Of a stretch of DNA of 64,000 nt, positions 42,491-57,204 are shown one piece after another. Under the pieces are notes generated by a model. That model did no database searches, was not told where the DNA came from, and worked only from the letters and a program-made list of their open reading frames with translations. The translations under genes and the position numbers were made by a program. The stretch lies in assembly GCF_009914755.1 (NCBI RefSeq), contig NC_060929.1; one strand, given 5' to 3'. Numbering within the stretch: the first letter of the stretch is position 1; each line of letters begins with the position of its first letter. The stretch comes from the human T2T-CHM13v2.0 reference genome, Homo sapiens.

Positions 42491-45400
42491 GATGTTATCA
42501 CCAAAGATTTGCAATTTACTTAACACACGTTGCTTTAAGAAAAAGAGCATAAAGTACAGAAAAGATATAAGTGATCCTCATGTTTTTCCTCAAAAATGAG
42601 AGCTAATGACCAGATGTTAAACACTAAATTAAATACACATACAAGTTAAAGCACCTTATGGTCAATATTTCCTTATCTGTTAATTTTTAAAACTATAACC
42701 CCCCGCTAAGACACAGCTATTACTGATAGCTCACATAATAATGAATTCAGCCAATACTTTATATTCCAGAAACTGGCTAAATCTTAAAGATACAGAGCTC
42801 AAAGACAGGGTCTCTGCCTTCAAGGAGCTCTCTCTACAGAAAAGGAAATAGGAATTGATTAAATAGAGTCACATAAGCTATGAAAGAGTTATGCATATAG
42901 TACAATACAGCAGATACATATCTTTGTACTGGAGTAGAGTTGACTTTAGATTAAATCCTGATATGTATTTGAATAATGTTTAAGTTCTCTGGAATTGATA
43001 ATTGATAAAGCATTAAACAATATAATATAGAAACACTTTAATGAGTTAATTGAAAAGTTGTTCAATTTTCCTTATTAACTCTTTGCTGACCAATGCGTCA
43101 TGTTAGAGAGAGAGAAATTCATCTCTCAGATTTTTTTTAAAGCAGGCTTAAACAAAAATTGTTTCGTGTTTTCTTAAATTCACTGCATTTTTATTTTATC
43201 ATTCCCTTGTGCAGGAGAAGGAATTTTTATTTTCATCAGAGACAACCAGAAAATTAATGTTTCAACTCTCCCTGAAAAATCCTTCTAAAATGTACCCTTT
43301 CTTCTTTAGTCTGTATGTATGGGCAATGTGTCCCAATTGAAGCTGTCTTTTTCAGCTAAAGACTTTTCCAAGTCTTTAGGAGTGAGTTGAGTATCAGTGA
43401 TCCAGGTAAGGTACTATAAATACAGAAGAAACAGTAAAGTGTGTTGATCTTTACTCCCAAGGTAGAGGACACAGGGAGAGGTGGGAGTAAAAGTCAATTT
43501 AAAGACAATTAAATCTACTAGAAAAACTCTTATTGTGATTACATTTTTTTACAAGAAAAAATATCTGAGATAACTGATCTATGTTGAATATAGGCTAAAG
43601 GTTCACTGAAAGTAGTTTGATGGAAGAGCCAGGCTACACAGGAGTATAAAAGTAAGCATGAAATAGTGAAAAGACTCAAAAAGTCTTTATCATCCTTTGT
43701 TTACTTATGCCAATAAGAGCTTGAAAGCTGTATTTGCAAAGGCTAAAACACAAAGCAGATAATCTCTCAATGGATAATTGAGTCGACACTATTAAAGTCT
43801 GGGAGTTTTAAAGGCAGCAGATGTAATGGCTTTCATTTCTAGAATTTAAAAACTCAATGAGAAAAGAAGAAGTAAAAATAAATAAATTGAAACAGAAGCC
43901 AATATATAACCCACTATAGCTATGCAAATAATTATTTTTCCATTTTCTTCTGATCTCTTTCACCTTTCTTTTCCATATTTTACCCCTTCCCCTTTCCTAC
44001 TTTCTCTTCTATAATGTCATTAAGCAAATACATAGCTTTTTCCATCTTCTCTACCTATATGCAGTTCCTAATAATTCCTGAATAATATCTTAATCACAAT
44101 TTATAGCATATCAACAAATCTTAATCTAGCTCACATCTCATAAAAGACACAAACATATAAAAGTGTGACCAAGAAGGAAAAAGAGAAAGCCTAGACACCT
44201 GAAATACTCATGTCTAATTTGAGCTCTAAGAATTTAAAGAATCATATATATAGAAAGGAAAAAACAGTGATCTCTAAGAACTTGAGATGTTTTCCCTTTT
44301 AATTTAAAAAGAGAATTTTAAAAATATATCAATTTTGGTATTAGTTTCTTTATAAACCTTTATTTTGAAAAGAAAAAAATTTTAAAAGTCCAACGAAAAT
44401 AAATATATAAAAGCCATCATAGCAGATGTAGAACACTTGCAGAACTATTCCTTTGCATGCTATTTAGAAGTCAGTTTGTCTGGGATGCAGTCTTCCCTCA
44501 ATTCAATATTTTAAATTTAAAAAATTAGAAGCATATCAGGAGAAGAAAAATAAGCAAATTCTTTTCAATACTTTTGAATATCTGAATTTTTATACTTAAC
44601 AACTAAAATATTCAACTACAGATGGCTCTTGCCACAGTATCCTCAAATTCAGCAAACTTACTGCTTATTAAATTAGAAGAGAAAAAAAACCAAGAGAGTG
44701 AACTCTATTTTAAAAACTCAAACTGTTGATAAAACTTCACTTGGTCCCACTGCCATGAACTGGCAAGCTTATAGGACACAATGGTAACCATGGTCCAATT
44801 ATAATGGGTGTAAAGGGTAAATTAAGTAATGGTAGTAGACAGACGAGGATTGTCTAATTAGATACCTTGGAAGAAAAATGTGGCTTCCTCGCAAAGGCAG
44901 TGTTTTCTGATGTTCTATCCTAATATAAATATGCTTTTGTATCTTGTATCAGTTTTACCTTCCAAATGAATCCCAAAGAAAGAATCTTGTGATAAAGAGT
45001 AGCTTTGCTAGTGTTCCTCTTGGTTAGAAATGGGAAGATGATGAATTTTTAAATGTCATGATAAGGACCTATACAGTTACAACATTTAGTCACATTTTTC
45101 TATGGAATTACTGTGTCCAATATATACTGGTCTTTTAGAAGCCAAAGTATAATATGAGGGGCTGATAGGTAGAAATAACTAGAGGGGACTTCAACTGAAA
45201 ACAACTTATTCTTAACTGACAAGCACAAACCTACAAATAGGAAACTAAAAAGCACATTTCCATAGAAACAAAACATTACCTCCAATATAATACGAATGAA
45301 TACATGAGGGCTGAGGGGATCACAAGCATCACCCTTACAAGAGTGAACTGGAATAAGGCACAGATGAATTCTAAAAAGAAGTGAGATAATATGTTTTAAT

Positions 45401-46354
45401 ATAAGGAATAGGCAAAAATTGGCAGGAAGGAAAGAACATTACAGTCATGGGAGCACGAATAAAAAGAAATCTGCAAATCAAGTTTAAAAAGTAAATCTTT
45501 TTCCAAGATTTGTTAATATAAATACGTAATTATTTTTAGCACCTTTAACATATCACCATAAATAAATCCTGAAGAGCCAGGCAAGGAACTGTATGTTTGT
45601 GTCTAGATTGGAATATAACTACCGTATCTAATGCTCTTAAAGTTCATTTAATAACAATAAAAATAACAAATCTGATTCTTCCCTTTCAGGCATAAACTTA
45701 AATAGTTAAGAGGGTATAAAAGCCTAAAGTAGGGCAAGTTTAATTCTATAATATTAGTAGTTTATTCATATCTTGATGCAGGAAGGGAATTAAATAATTA
45801 GGTGCTTGTCTTTAAGAGCATCTTTCTTAGAACTAAAACAAAAGAAACAATAGGCTTTTATGTTTTTAAAGACTAAACTCAGCTAGTTGATTCTGCTCAA
45901 TAAGTTATCAATGAAATATCTATTCCAAATATACCAAAATATAACAATTCACCTTCAAAATAATTAGTATTTGATTTTATCTAAAAAAGAAACATTTTCC
46001 TACAGCTCATCGCTTTGCCAGAAATTTACCATATGCTTAAATAAAAGCATAAAAAAGCAGGAGGCAATCTTAGAAAAATGTGAATCAATGACAGTTCAAT
46101 AGGAGAGAATTATCAGAAATATATCCATTGTATAAGAGGGAAAGAAGTTGAGCCTTTTAGGACATGCCAGAAAAGTCTAAGGTAACAACTTATCTTCAGA
46201 TATATCACCAACAGTAAGTCTGCATACTATTTATGATAAATAAAGCCTAAAGAGATAATAAATTGTAGTAGACAAAATTGATCACTCTACATGATAAAAA
46301 AAAAAATAAAACCTTTATCTCATCCAAAATAATCCCAACAGTATATGGAGGTAG

Positions 46355-46610
46355 ATTAGCATAATGGTTAACAGTGTGGGTTCTGGAGCCAGACTACAGA
46401 GATTTATATTCTTACTCCTCCACTTCCTAGTTTAGCCATGTTGACTATGGAAAACTACATAATCTTTCTGTGCCTCGGTTTCCTCACCTGTAAAGGGAGG
46501 AAAATAAGAGTCCCTATTTCATAAAATTGGTGTGAAATTTTAAAAATTAATACAGGCCTAGCACTTAGTGCACAACTATAAGCTATTTAAGCTATTTTTA
46601 TTATCACTGT
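46355..46610 (+). mobile_element. MIR SINE
   Basis: AGCATAATGGTTAACAG...TCTGGAGCCAGACT...TGCCTCGGTTTCCTCACCTGTAAAG core. Confidence 0.82.
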
Positions 46611-46964
46611 TGCTAGTATTATAGTTTAAACACCATACTGAATCTTCAGACATTTCTTTGGATTACCTATTGTAGCTATTATTAACCACTAGCTCTTCAG
46701 TTAAAATATCAAAAATTATGGTCTAAGTAAGTCATACGAGATCTAACCTGAAACAGAGCTTGTGAATAGACAGATGGATATTCATAAGACCTTCTAATAA
46801 ATGGGCAAAAATAAAGAAAAGTTTATGTGTTTCTGCTCCTGTTTGGATTCCAAAGCACTGCTGGCTTATACCCTCCAGCCACATAACAGTTAAGAATATG
46901 CCTTTGTCATCTATCATATGTTAGAAAAGGGAAAGGATCATGTCTTTAAAAAATAAAGATTACA

Positions 46965-47220
<256 letters not shown>

Positions 47221-47312
47221 AAAAAATAAAGATTACAGATTTCTGGCTAAGGATGGTAGGTTGAACTTACATTTACAGGCACACTGTCCCACCAAAATGA
47301 AAGTAAAGGGAC

Positions 47313-47629
47313 TTTTTGTTTGTTTCTTTGTTTTTTTTTTTTTGTTTTTTTTGACACAGGGTCTCACTCTGTAACCCAGACCGGAGTGCAGTGGTGCAAT
47401 CATGGCTCACTGCAGCCTTGACCTCCTGGGCTCAAGTGATCCTCCTACCGCAGCCTCTGGGACTACAGGTATGCGCCATCATGCCCAGCTAATTTTTTTT
47501 GTATTTTTTTGTAGAGACGGAGTTTCACCAGCTTGTACAGGCTGATCCTGAACTTCTGGGCTCAAGCAATCCACCCACCTCAGCCTCCCAAATTACTGGG
47601 ATTACAGGGGTGAGCCACCACACCTGGCC
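47313..47629 (-). mobile_element. AluJ
   Basis: Reverse diverged Alu (GCTCACTGCAGCCTTGACCTCCTGGGCTCAAG); TAAAGGGA on both flanks. Confidence 0.93.
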
Positions 47630-48507
47630 TAAAGGGATGTTCTTTTAAGGCTTAAATTTGCAAGGATGAAGAGTCCACCAGATGAAACAACAGTAACAAA
47701 ATTATGGTAAATCACTTTTCAAACCTAAGGAATCTGAATACTAAACAGACAAAAGAGCAAATAGGGTTAGTATTACATAATAGAATCTCCAAATGGCTAA
47801 ATTTGCAGTACCAGGTACCTCTGGAAGTGAGAGAAAAAGTTTACAAACAGGAGGATTAAAAAAAAATCTGTTTAAAAATCTGTAAGATTCCAAACTCCCC
47901 ACTCCACCCCTCCACACTCCAAACAGGGGAACACCCCTCCCCAACCCCAGCAAAAGACTTGGAGATTTATTCTCTTGGTGGAGATTTTTTTAATGGTCTT
48001 ATTATTACTAAAAAACATAAGGCAAGTTTAGAACAGGCATATCACACTAAAAAAGAAAAGAATAAAGAAAAAGTTTATGTGTTTCTGCCCATTTGGATTC
48101 CAAATCACTGCAGGGTTATACCCTCCATCCACTAAGAGTCTTCCCTAGGGAATCTGACCAGCCTAAAATAAGACACTTAAAAGATGTACATCGCCAATAA
48201 AACAGCCTACCAGATTATCCTAAACAGAAACCCGTAAGTCTACAAGCCTCATCCAGAGGCACAGAACTACTACTCCACTCTTTAGAACTTTTTTTAGAAT
48301 GCATCAGTGAACAACCACTACCACACATTTAAGGAGAGCCTGAAATAGGAAAGACAGAGACCAAAGCAAGCAAACAAACAAACAAACAAAAAGAGTAACT
48401 TGGAAGAAACAAATAATAGGTAAAGAGAAGAAAATTTCCAAAAACTATTCTTAACCTTCAAAGAGATAAAAGAATACAAGCAACCATGAAACAAAAACTG
48501 GATTTTT

Positions 48508-49525
48508 ATTATTTTTATTATTATCATACTTTAAGTTCTGGGATACATGACCAGAATGTGCAGGTTTGTTAGATAGGTATGCACATGCCGTGGTGGTTTG
48601 CTGCACCCATCAACCCGTCATCTACATTAGGTATTTATCCTAATGCTATCCCTCCCCTAGGCCCCCATCCCCCAACAGGCCCTGGTGTGTGGTGTTTCCC
48701 TCCCTGCGCCCATATGTTCTCATTGTTCAGCTTCCACTTATAACTGAGAACAGGCGGTGTTTGGTTTTCTGTTCCTGTGTTAGTTTGCTGAGAATGATGG
48801 TTTCCAGCTTCATCCATGTCCCTGCAAAGGACATGAACTCATCCTTTTTTATGGTTGTATAGTATTCCATGGTGTATATGTGCCACATTTTATTTATCCA
48901 GTCTATCATTGATGGGCATTTGAGTTGATTCAAGTCTTTGCTATTGTGAATAGTGCTGCAATAAACATACATGTGCATGTGCCTTTATAGTAGAATGATT
49001 TATAATCCTTTGGGTAAATATCCAGTAATGAGACTGCTGGTCAAATGGTATTTCTGGTTCTAGATCCTTGAGGAATTGCCACACTGTCTTCCACAATGGT
49101 TGAACTAATTTACACTCCCAACAGTGTAAAAGTGTTCCTATTTCTCCACATCCTCTCCAGCATGTTGTTTCCTGACTTTTTAATGATTGCCATTCTAACT
49201 GGCATGAGATGGTATCTCATTGTGGTTTTGATTTGCATTTCTCTAATGACCAGTGATGATGAGCTTTTTTTCATGTTTGTTGGCTGCATAAATGTCTTCT
49301 TTTGAGAAGTGTCTGTTCATATCCTTCAACCACTTTTTGATGGGCTTGTTTTTTCTTGTAAATTTGTTTAAGTTCTTTGTAGATTCTGGATATTAGCGCT
49401 TTGTCAGATGGATAGATTGCAAAAATTTTCTCCCATTCTATAGGTTGCTTGTAAAGCAACGGCAACAAAAGCCAAAATTGACAAATGGGATCTAATCAAA
49501 CTAAAGAGCTTCTGCACAGTGAAAG
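48508..49525 (-). mobile_element. L1PA7/8-like insertion with 5' inversion (twin priming)
   Basis: Minus-strand 3' end at 48508-49451 plus a plus-strand ORF2 piece at 49452-49525; TSD AACTGGATTTTT (48496-48507 / 49526-49537). Confidence 0.93.
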
Positions 49526-50374
49526 AACTGGATTTTTTTTTTAAGTAGGAGGTCCAGTAACAAGAGAATTGTTTTAATCTGTGGAGGGTTGGAAGATAAA
49601 ACTGAGGAAATCGCCCAATAAAGGAAAACCAAAATAGAAAGATGTGGAAAATATTTAAGAGAAAAGATAATAATTAGAGGGGCAATCCATATTCCTACTA
49701 CATCAAAGAAAATGGGGATTCTAAAACACACCCACACACTCACAGAGACAGACAGGAGGGGCTGGGGAGACAGGGGGAGAGACAAAATCAAAAGAACTAA
49801 CTCAATAAAATTGCCAGAACAGAGTAGGATTTTCTAGGTCAAAAGAAGCCACCAAGTACTCAGGTTGCTACTTGAGAATGTGTTCCACCAAAATAATGAC
49901 CTAACAAAAAGGAAATCAAGCAACAGGGGATCCAGCACAAGAAAGAAATTCTTAAGATGATGAGGATGCTAAGGAAAATAAAGAGTCCAAGATAACAACT
50001 ATGCCAAAACCAGGTAAACAACCAGTGTAGATTAGAACAAGTTAGAAGAATCTGAGAGCTACATCATTAAGAACATGAAATTAATAGAATAGTTAAGAAG
50101 GTATTTACAAACAGAATAGAGTTTGGGGATAAACCAATGATATGTTCATAGAAAACAAACCTACCTTTTAACAAGTATAAGTATTCCACTGAAAATAAAA
50201 CTGTGTACAAGAAAGAAAAAGTAACCATAGAATACTACTACATGGCAAAACTATAAATAGCATTTAGTCATAATCATGTAAACATTAAATACTGATATAA
50301 TCAAAATTAGAATAACTGTACTGGGAGGATGGGAAGACAAGAAATGTGTATGTGACTACATTAACAAGATAGAT

Positions 50375-50691
50375 GGCCAGGTGCAGTGTGGCTCACACCT
50401 GCAATCCCAACTCTTAGGAAGGCCGAGGCAAGAGGATTGCTTGAGCCCAGGAGTTCGAGACCAGCCTGAGCAGTATACTGAGATCTTGTCTCTACAAAAA
50501 AATTTAAAAATCAGCTGAGCATGGTAGTGTGAGCCTGTAGTCCCAGCTACTTGGGAGGCTGAGGCGGGAAGATCACTGTGCCCAGGAGGTGGAGGTTGCA
50601 ATGAGCTATGATCGCACCACTGCACTTCAGCCTGGGTGACAGAGTGAGACCCTGTCTCAAAAACAAAACAACAACAACAACAAAAAAAAAA
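50375..50691 (+). mobile_element. AluJ
   Basis: Diverged dimer with (CAA)n tail. Confidence 0.93.
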
Positions 50692-51682
50692 CAGGACAGG
50701 TAAGAGGACAGAGTTCTTATCTTCCACTGTGGGAAGTCAATAGATAGCGTCAAAAAAAAAATCAAGTAGCAGCAATATAAACTTATTTGGATTTATGACA
50801 ATAAACACCAAAAAAAATCAGCTAAAATAGTTGAAGTTGTTTGTCTACAAGAAGCAGGAAATGAGATAAGGGTAATAGTAGCCACTGTCGTCCTCCATTA
50901 CAAGCCTCATAGGCCTATCTGACTGGTACTCTTTAAACAATGTGCTTGTAAAACACTGATAAAATGTGTACAAAACACTGATAAAATTAAATCAAAATTT
51001 AAAAAATTTCCTAATTATAACATTAATGCATGCTTACATAATTTGCAAACTGCTCAAAGAAACCAAGAATTAAGAAATTTTGCCATCCAGGTAAATTATT
51101 AATATATTGCAGCACTGCCTTTGAATTTTTGCCATACACACATACTTGTGTATATAATTTTTTTAAACTCAGGGTTCATGCTGAATATGCAAATTACATA
51201 AACTTTTTTTCAGTTAACATTCTATCATTAACCTTTTCTGATGTCCTTAAGTATTCTTTTAAAACTCCTTAATACTCCATTTTATCCTCCAGCATCACTT
51301 CTTCAACTTCAGGGTCTATGAAATACTAAGCATCCCAAAACTACTTGCATCATGACTACCTAACATAATGCCTTATTGTAAGTACACTGCTATTATGAAG
51401 TTTAGTATAAAGTAAACTTAAAAGTGACATGAACACATTTAAAGTTCAGATCATTTTTAAGAAAGGGAAGCATCAAGTATGTGTGTATCGCTCTGAAAAG
51501 ACAGGTGAGGCTGATGTTTTATAATTTTTATACAATTAAGGAAATACATGGCCTGAACTTCACCAGAAGAATTTTTCATTTTAAAATTTCCTTCAGTTAA
51601 TTGTTCTTTAAATACAATATTCATCATTTTAAATCATAAGAAAATAGAAGAATATTTATTGATTCTTAATATTAATATAACC

Positions 51683-52135
51683 TGCTGGAAGACATTCATT
51701 GATGGGTCTTCTCCCAATCCTGTACATATTGCTGGGTATGGCCAGAATGCAAGATCCTGACCACTTGTTACCAGGGCCGTTTGTCAGGGTTGTGTCTGCT
51801 ATGAACTACCTTGAAAAATGAGGTAGTCACCCTCCAGGACAAAGAGCAGCCTTGCTTACTATAAAAGCAATGGATCCTCCATGCCCAGAGCTCCTCAGCT
51901 CCAGTCCACTATATGTACAGCATCTATCCGTAACATATTCTATCACCCCCATAAAACTTGGAGGCAAGGAGAACTGAAGAAAATATGCTAATGCTCATGC
52001 TGTTTCTATGCCATGAGTAATAAGGTCCTTTGCCTCTGACTTAGGAGTCTCATGCCTTCTACATGACATGTAGAAGCATCCAAGAAATAGTAAAAGTTTA
52101 CTTATAGAGTGAAATCAAATTCCAGACCCATTAAC
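51683..52135 (+). mobile_element. ERVL-class solo LTR (MER54-like)
   Basis: TATA-like CTATAAAAGC, GCTCATGCTG...GAGTAATAAGGTCCTTTGCCTCTGAC...GGAGTCTC. Confidence 0.65.
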
Positions 52136-54177
52136 TTACCTCTTGGCAATTCAGACCCCAGGGATCAAATATATGACATTTAAATAATTAAATAATACTG
52201 TCATTTCTTCCTTCCCACCCATTTTAAACAAGCATAATATATGAAAAACCAAGGTCCCCACAAAATTTAACTTACTGTACATTTGTTCAAGACTTTCTAC
52301 CAGCTTCTATTAACCTTTTTTGCTGCTTCAATCCATCTGTCCCCAGCCAAATAAGATCCATGATTCTACTTACATTTTCAATGCTCTTTTTCATTCTACA
52401 TATTTCCTAAGAAGAGTTTTCTGGCATTTTATCTCTCCAGCCATAAGACATAAAACCTGCACCTAAACAATTCACAAAGCCTACCTAAAAGGTACCAGAG
52501 CCAATCAATGGAGGATACATGGTTGTGGTCTCTCCACGTAAAACAAATGTTGTCAATATACAGCTGACGCATGCTGGTGCCTCTTCAGACTTCACTTCTA
52601 ACTTTGTAAGCCCCTGGGAACTCTCTTGTACCGCCCTTAGGATGCTAGGTGTGGTTTTTCATCATTTATTTATAAGATTTTTTCTTCTGAATCATAGACC
52701 TTAATACCCACCCAGACTTTTAAGCAAATAACAAGAAATAATATTTCTTTAAAAAGTAGGGAAAGAAGCTCATAACAACACATTATGCGCAGGGAAATGT
52801 ATTTTAGGAATTGACATAAGAAGGAGGATGGAAGAGGAAACTATCAGGGTTTTTCATTGTAGCTATAATATAAACAATGTACCACAGAGATAGGATTCAG
52901 AGGGCTAAGAGGAATGAGTAGACCCAAAGTGACTGCTAGCAAAGAAAAACCCATTCGAATGCTGAGAAAAAATAGCCGATAACAGTGATAAGAGAAAGAA
53001 AACAGAGAAAGATCTAGTAGTTTTGAAAGCAGGCAAAGTAAGCTAGCTCATGTCAGAGGTTATCCAGCAGTTACCAATCAACCTCCTACCGGAAGCAGAG
53101 GTCAAGCTGCCGAGGTGGGAAACCTAATGAAAAAAACATCCCTACATTCAAAGGAACGTGACTGAAACTTAAGAGATTAGGAAGTTGGTGGGGGCTGAGG
53201 GCTTCACCAGCTTCACTGGGAAAGCTCTGAACTGATACTGTTCTACGTTAGTTAAATTTATTAACACAAGTAAGATAAGACTGTAAGTTTCACATTTCAG
53301 TTATTCCCAGGAGTGCCACATCTGAAAAGAGGGTGTCAATTTATCAATATTCAATGAGACTATATTCCTGGGGAAATCTAAGTAAGAAATGCACTGATTA
53401 GCGTCTTCCATGATATTTAGCTACAAGTAATGCCACTGCAAGTAAGTCTGTAACTTCTTTAACCATGAAAAGTAGTTTGGACCACGGAAATTGTAATGTA
53501 AATTTCTAAGGACATTTCTAATCCAGATATTGCTATGAACCTCTTACATAAATATCTCACTTAAAATATAACTAACGAACACTAAATTTTTGGGGGTTTG
53601 TCCATTTTCCCCCGTTTACATTTTTTATAATAACAAGTACATTTTTGATAGAATTATACAGTATCACTCTTCAGTAAACATTTTGTTTATTCCTACAATG
53701 TTTCTAGTGAAACATCCTTGTTTATGCATTAGGATCCAGACGAGGTTGCCACAGGTTTCAACACAAAGTATGACAATAAACTCCTGCTACAGAAATTCAT
53801 GGGGTGTTTTCAAATCGTAAGGAGCAGAAGGCTCCACACCTTCTGCAGCCATGAGCAGCTGCTCCAGGACTTATAGCCACCACTGTTTGACCTTTCCCCA
53901 TGCCCATCCCCGCTTCCTCCAAGAGCTAAAGCCAATCCTGAAAAAGCAGAGGGCTGATGATTAACTTCATCCAGCCAAACCTGTTACTTCTCAAAAGAGA
54001 TGTCCTGTATGGGCTTCTTAATATCCATAACATGGTGTGGACATTGAGAAATTCCTGTGACAGTGGAATCACTGTGGGTGCCCAAGGTTTCTATCCATCT
54101 TGATTATGAGCTTGAATTGAGGCTTAGCCAGAGACAGCAAAGGGTACTCCAGAAGAAGGCTGGCTCACGTCTTAAAA

Positions 54178-54728
54178 TGTACCCAGGTTTTGTTTTCTTT
54201 GAGTGTGATAAAATGACAGGCACAGAGACAACTGCCTTGGGAAGAAGAGTTTATTACTCGCAGTTCTAGGAGGAGGAGGCATGCCATGAAGCACAGGTCC
54301 ATATGGGAAGGCACCAGGGTCAGTCAGGAGGCAGAAGGAGACAGGGGAAAGCATGGCACAAGCCTTTATTATGGTTTTCAGCAGAAAAGGCCAATGCAGG
54401 GCAGGGTAAACAGTTTAGGACTGGCTGGTTTGAGAAATTTCAGTGGGCTCCAGGGTGTAAGAACCATCCCTAGTTGCCTGTTACCTGGCCCTGGGGTGTA
54501 AGTTAGGGTAGGGGGATAGTGGCTCAATCTGTGAAAGCTCAATAAAGGAGGTAGCTGGCAGTATGGGCTCTAGATTGGCTGTTTTACATATGAAAATGCT
54601 CACAGGAGAGTCATTTGCTATCTCTGGGAATTATCCAGCCCTGGAGGAGTAGTCTGCCCGCAAGCCAGCAAGGCCCCAAGATGTCAAAGCATCATAAAAT
54701 ACAGAAAATAAAAAATATGGATGATACA
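54178..54728 (-). mobile_element. ERVL-class solo LTR (MER74-like)
   Basis: Minus strand begins TGTATCATCCATATTTTTTATTTTCTGTATTTTATGATGCTTTGACATCTTGGGGCCTTGCTGG; AATAAA near 3' end; TG...CA termini. Confidence 0.72.
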
Positions 54729-57204
54729 GCTCAGATTGTACTTCTGGGCTCAGAGCCCATCCAGATTTTTACTTCTTTTATAAACTCTGGTAACATCAAC
54801 CATTCTCAGCTCCAGAATTTCCCTAAATTAAAAGCCTTCTTTGGCCCTAGAAGCACTACCAATCCTACCTCCACACTGTGTCACCACTACCATGCACTGG
54901 AGATAAATGTAAACAGAGTATTCATTCCAAATGGTCTTCCCTTGGTTTAATACTGACTGTCTGTATCATAATTTAAAATCTGTATCACAGCCTACCAAAA
55001 TAATGACATGGTCTTTGCTACAACTTCTGAGAAAGTCATACTACTGCTGTCAGAATCTTTCAGAACACTAAAGCTTCAGGTGCTAAAACAGCATATAGGC
55101 TAAGCTTTTCAAGTTATACTATTAGCTTCTGTTTAAATGTTTGCATAAAATTTCAACAAAAGGAACACAAAAATAATGCTTCAAGATTTCAAAGACATCA
55201 CTAGTGTTTATCACCTTATAGACGAAAAGCAAGGAAGCTGACTAGATAAATATCAAGGCACTTCCCCCCTCTCTGCCTCTAAGCTTCTGAACAAAATTTT
55301 TGCTCTACTTTAAAAATGTCATCAGTTATGCATTTTTAGGAATCACAGTTTGGTTTGACATCATACGGAACAGTAGATATTTAAGCAGAGGAAAAGCTTG
55401 AATCTCTGTATTGATTTTCTAACTGGTAAGATTCATTTTACTGTTGAACTGTTACACACATTTTCCTGATTATTCCACATAAAAGTAAAACTAGGTCTGT
55501 TTAAAGTATACACACATATATAGCACATCAATAACCTGGGGTTTTCTTTTTACTATATTGTTTTTATAATCACAGACATGCTTGCTAGGTAATACAATCA
55601 ACATGAAACAAAATATTAGGTAGAAGACTGGTTTAAAAACAAAACTAAATGGAAATAAAGCCAAAGATATACAGATTTTCAGGGATTTTTATAAAGAGCC
55701 ACAATAGTAGGAAACCTAAAATCTGTCAACTGTTAATCAAGTCTGGATGGATACCATAAAAAATATAAACCTACTACTGCTTGATGAGATGTTTAGTTAC
55801 AGCATCTGAATATGGCAATCCAATCTGTATGCTTCATACTAAGGCATCTAGTTAATCCTTCTAGATCAGGCTTGAGAATCACACGACCTAAAAATGTCCC
55901 CGAATATCTTTCCTAACTTCTATACAACTCTTCCAACACAGACAACAAGCAAAAACAAAAACAAACAAAAATCTTACAGGTAGCTACTTCAGACTGATGT
56001 CCCAGTGAAGCACCCAAATGAAAAAGCTCATGAACCAGTTCACACACTAAGCAAAATACAAAGAACCAAAAACCGACTAAGGTTACGTTCCAACCAAGTC
56101 CTATACACAAACCAAAGAGTTTTATAATGCCAAAATCTGTAACAGAAATCTAATTCTTTAGCAGTTCAGTATCCAGTGACTAACTAATCAACATGGAAAC
56201 TGAAAACAAAAACAAAAACAAAAACAAAAACTAGGCAGCCATGAAGCCTTTTCAAAAATTGGCAATCAAAACCTTACTATCCTGTAGCAAATTCAAAACC
56301 TGAACTAAATTCTCTAAAACAACAGAACTCTCTAACAGATTATGAGATCACAGACATGACATTTAGTTTCCTGAACCATTTCATCAGCATCATTATAAGG
56401 AATCAAATGCCTTTGTAAAAATGAAACAAAAAAATCTCCAAGTTCACTGATGGAAAATGGATAATTTGTTCAAAAACACTGGACTCTATGCACATGAGTA
56501 TCACCTCCTGATTACACCTTCTCTGCTGCTTCATCCCTATACTGGTCCATTGGGGCACCCTGATCTTTACTAAAAGTTATGGTCTAAACACAGAAAAAAC
56601 AAAAAAAAATCTTTCCTTCCCTTAGTTCTTAGCACTGCTGACACACTCTAGCATTCCTTCAACTAACATCTACTGCCCAAATGCTATATGCCAGGTCCTA
56701 TATTATTCATTTGAATTTTCTAAAAGATTTTACAAAATGCTAACGAAAAATAAAAGGGAAATAAACAACAGCAAAAAGAATACAAAATATCCTGGCTTAC
56801 ATCTGAATTAAGCATTAGGATCTTACTAGATCCCTGCCCAGCAGGTATTGATGGCATGATGAAAGCCTTGTCAAAAATACTGCTAAGATAACTATACTAC
56901 AACTCTCCAAAAGTGAAATATAACTATACAGGCACATTGTGAAAGTTCCTTGCTTTCCAGCTCAAGGTCAGTCGCCTTACTCTCTTCAGTATAATTTTGT
57001 TTTTTTTTTTTTTCAAAATGAGGGCAAAGAGAACAGTTCAAATCTTGCCACTTAATTCTCATTTCTGGGCTAGGAGACCTACCTTTCTCACATTTAACAA
57101 CTATAGCATTCTTTTACAAGAATGGCATGCCCTGCTAAAGAATTCTGGAAACATTCAGATAATACCTAGCCAATGAAGATCCTAAGATTATTGCAACAGA
57201 GAAA

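Larger units (their letters stand above)
47238..51005 (+). mobile_element. HAL1-like (half-L1) element, interrupted by two AluJ and an L1PA
   Basis: ORF1-like GGGTTGGAAGATAAAACTGAGGAAATC and HAL1-style GAGAATGTGTTCCACCAAAA...CAACAGGGGATCCAGCACA; no ORF2 of its own visible. Confidence 0.6.

Noticed and set aside
52480-52620. Possible minus-strand coding exon (GLTKLEVKSEEAPAC...)
   Set aside because: Weak polypyrimidine tract, in-frame stop at the putative donor, no recognisable homology
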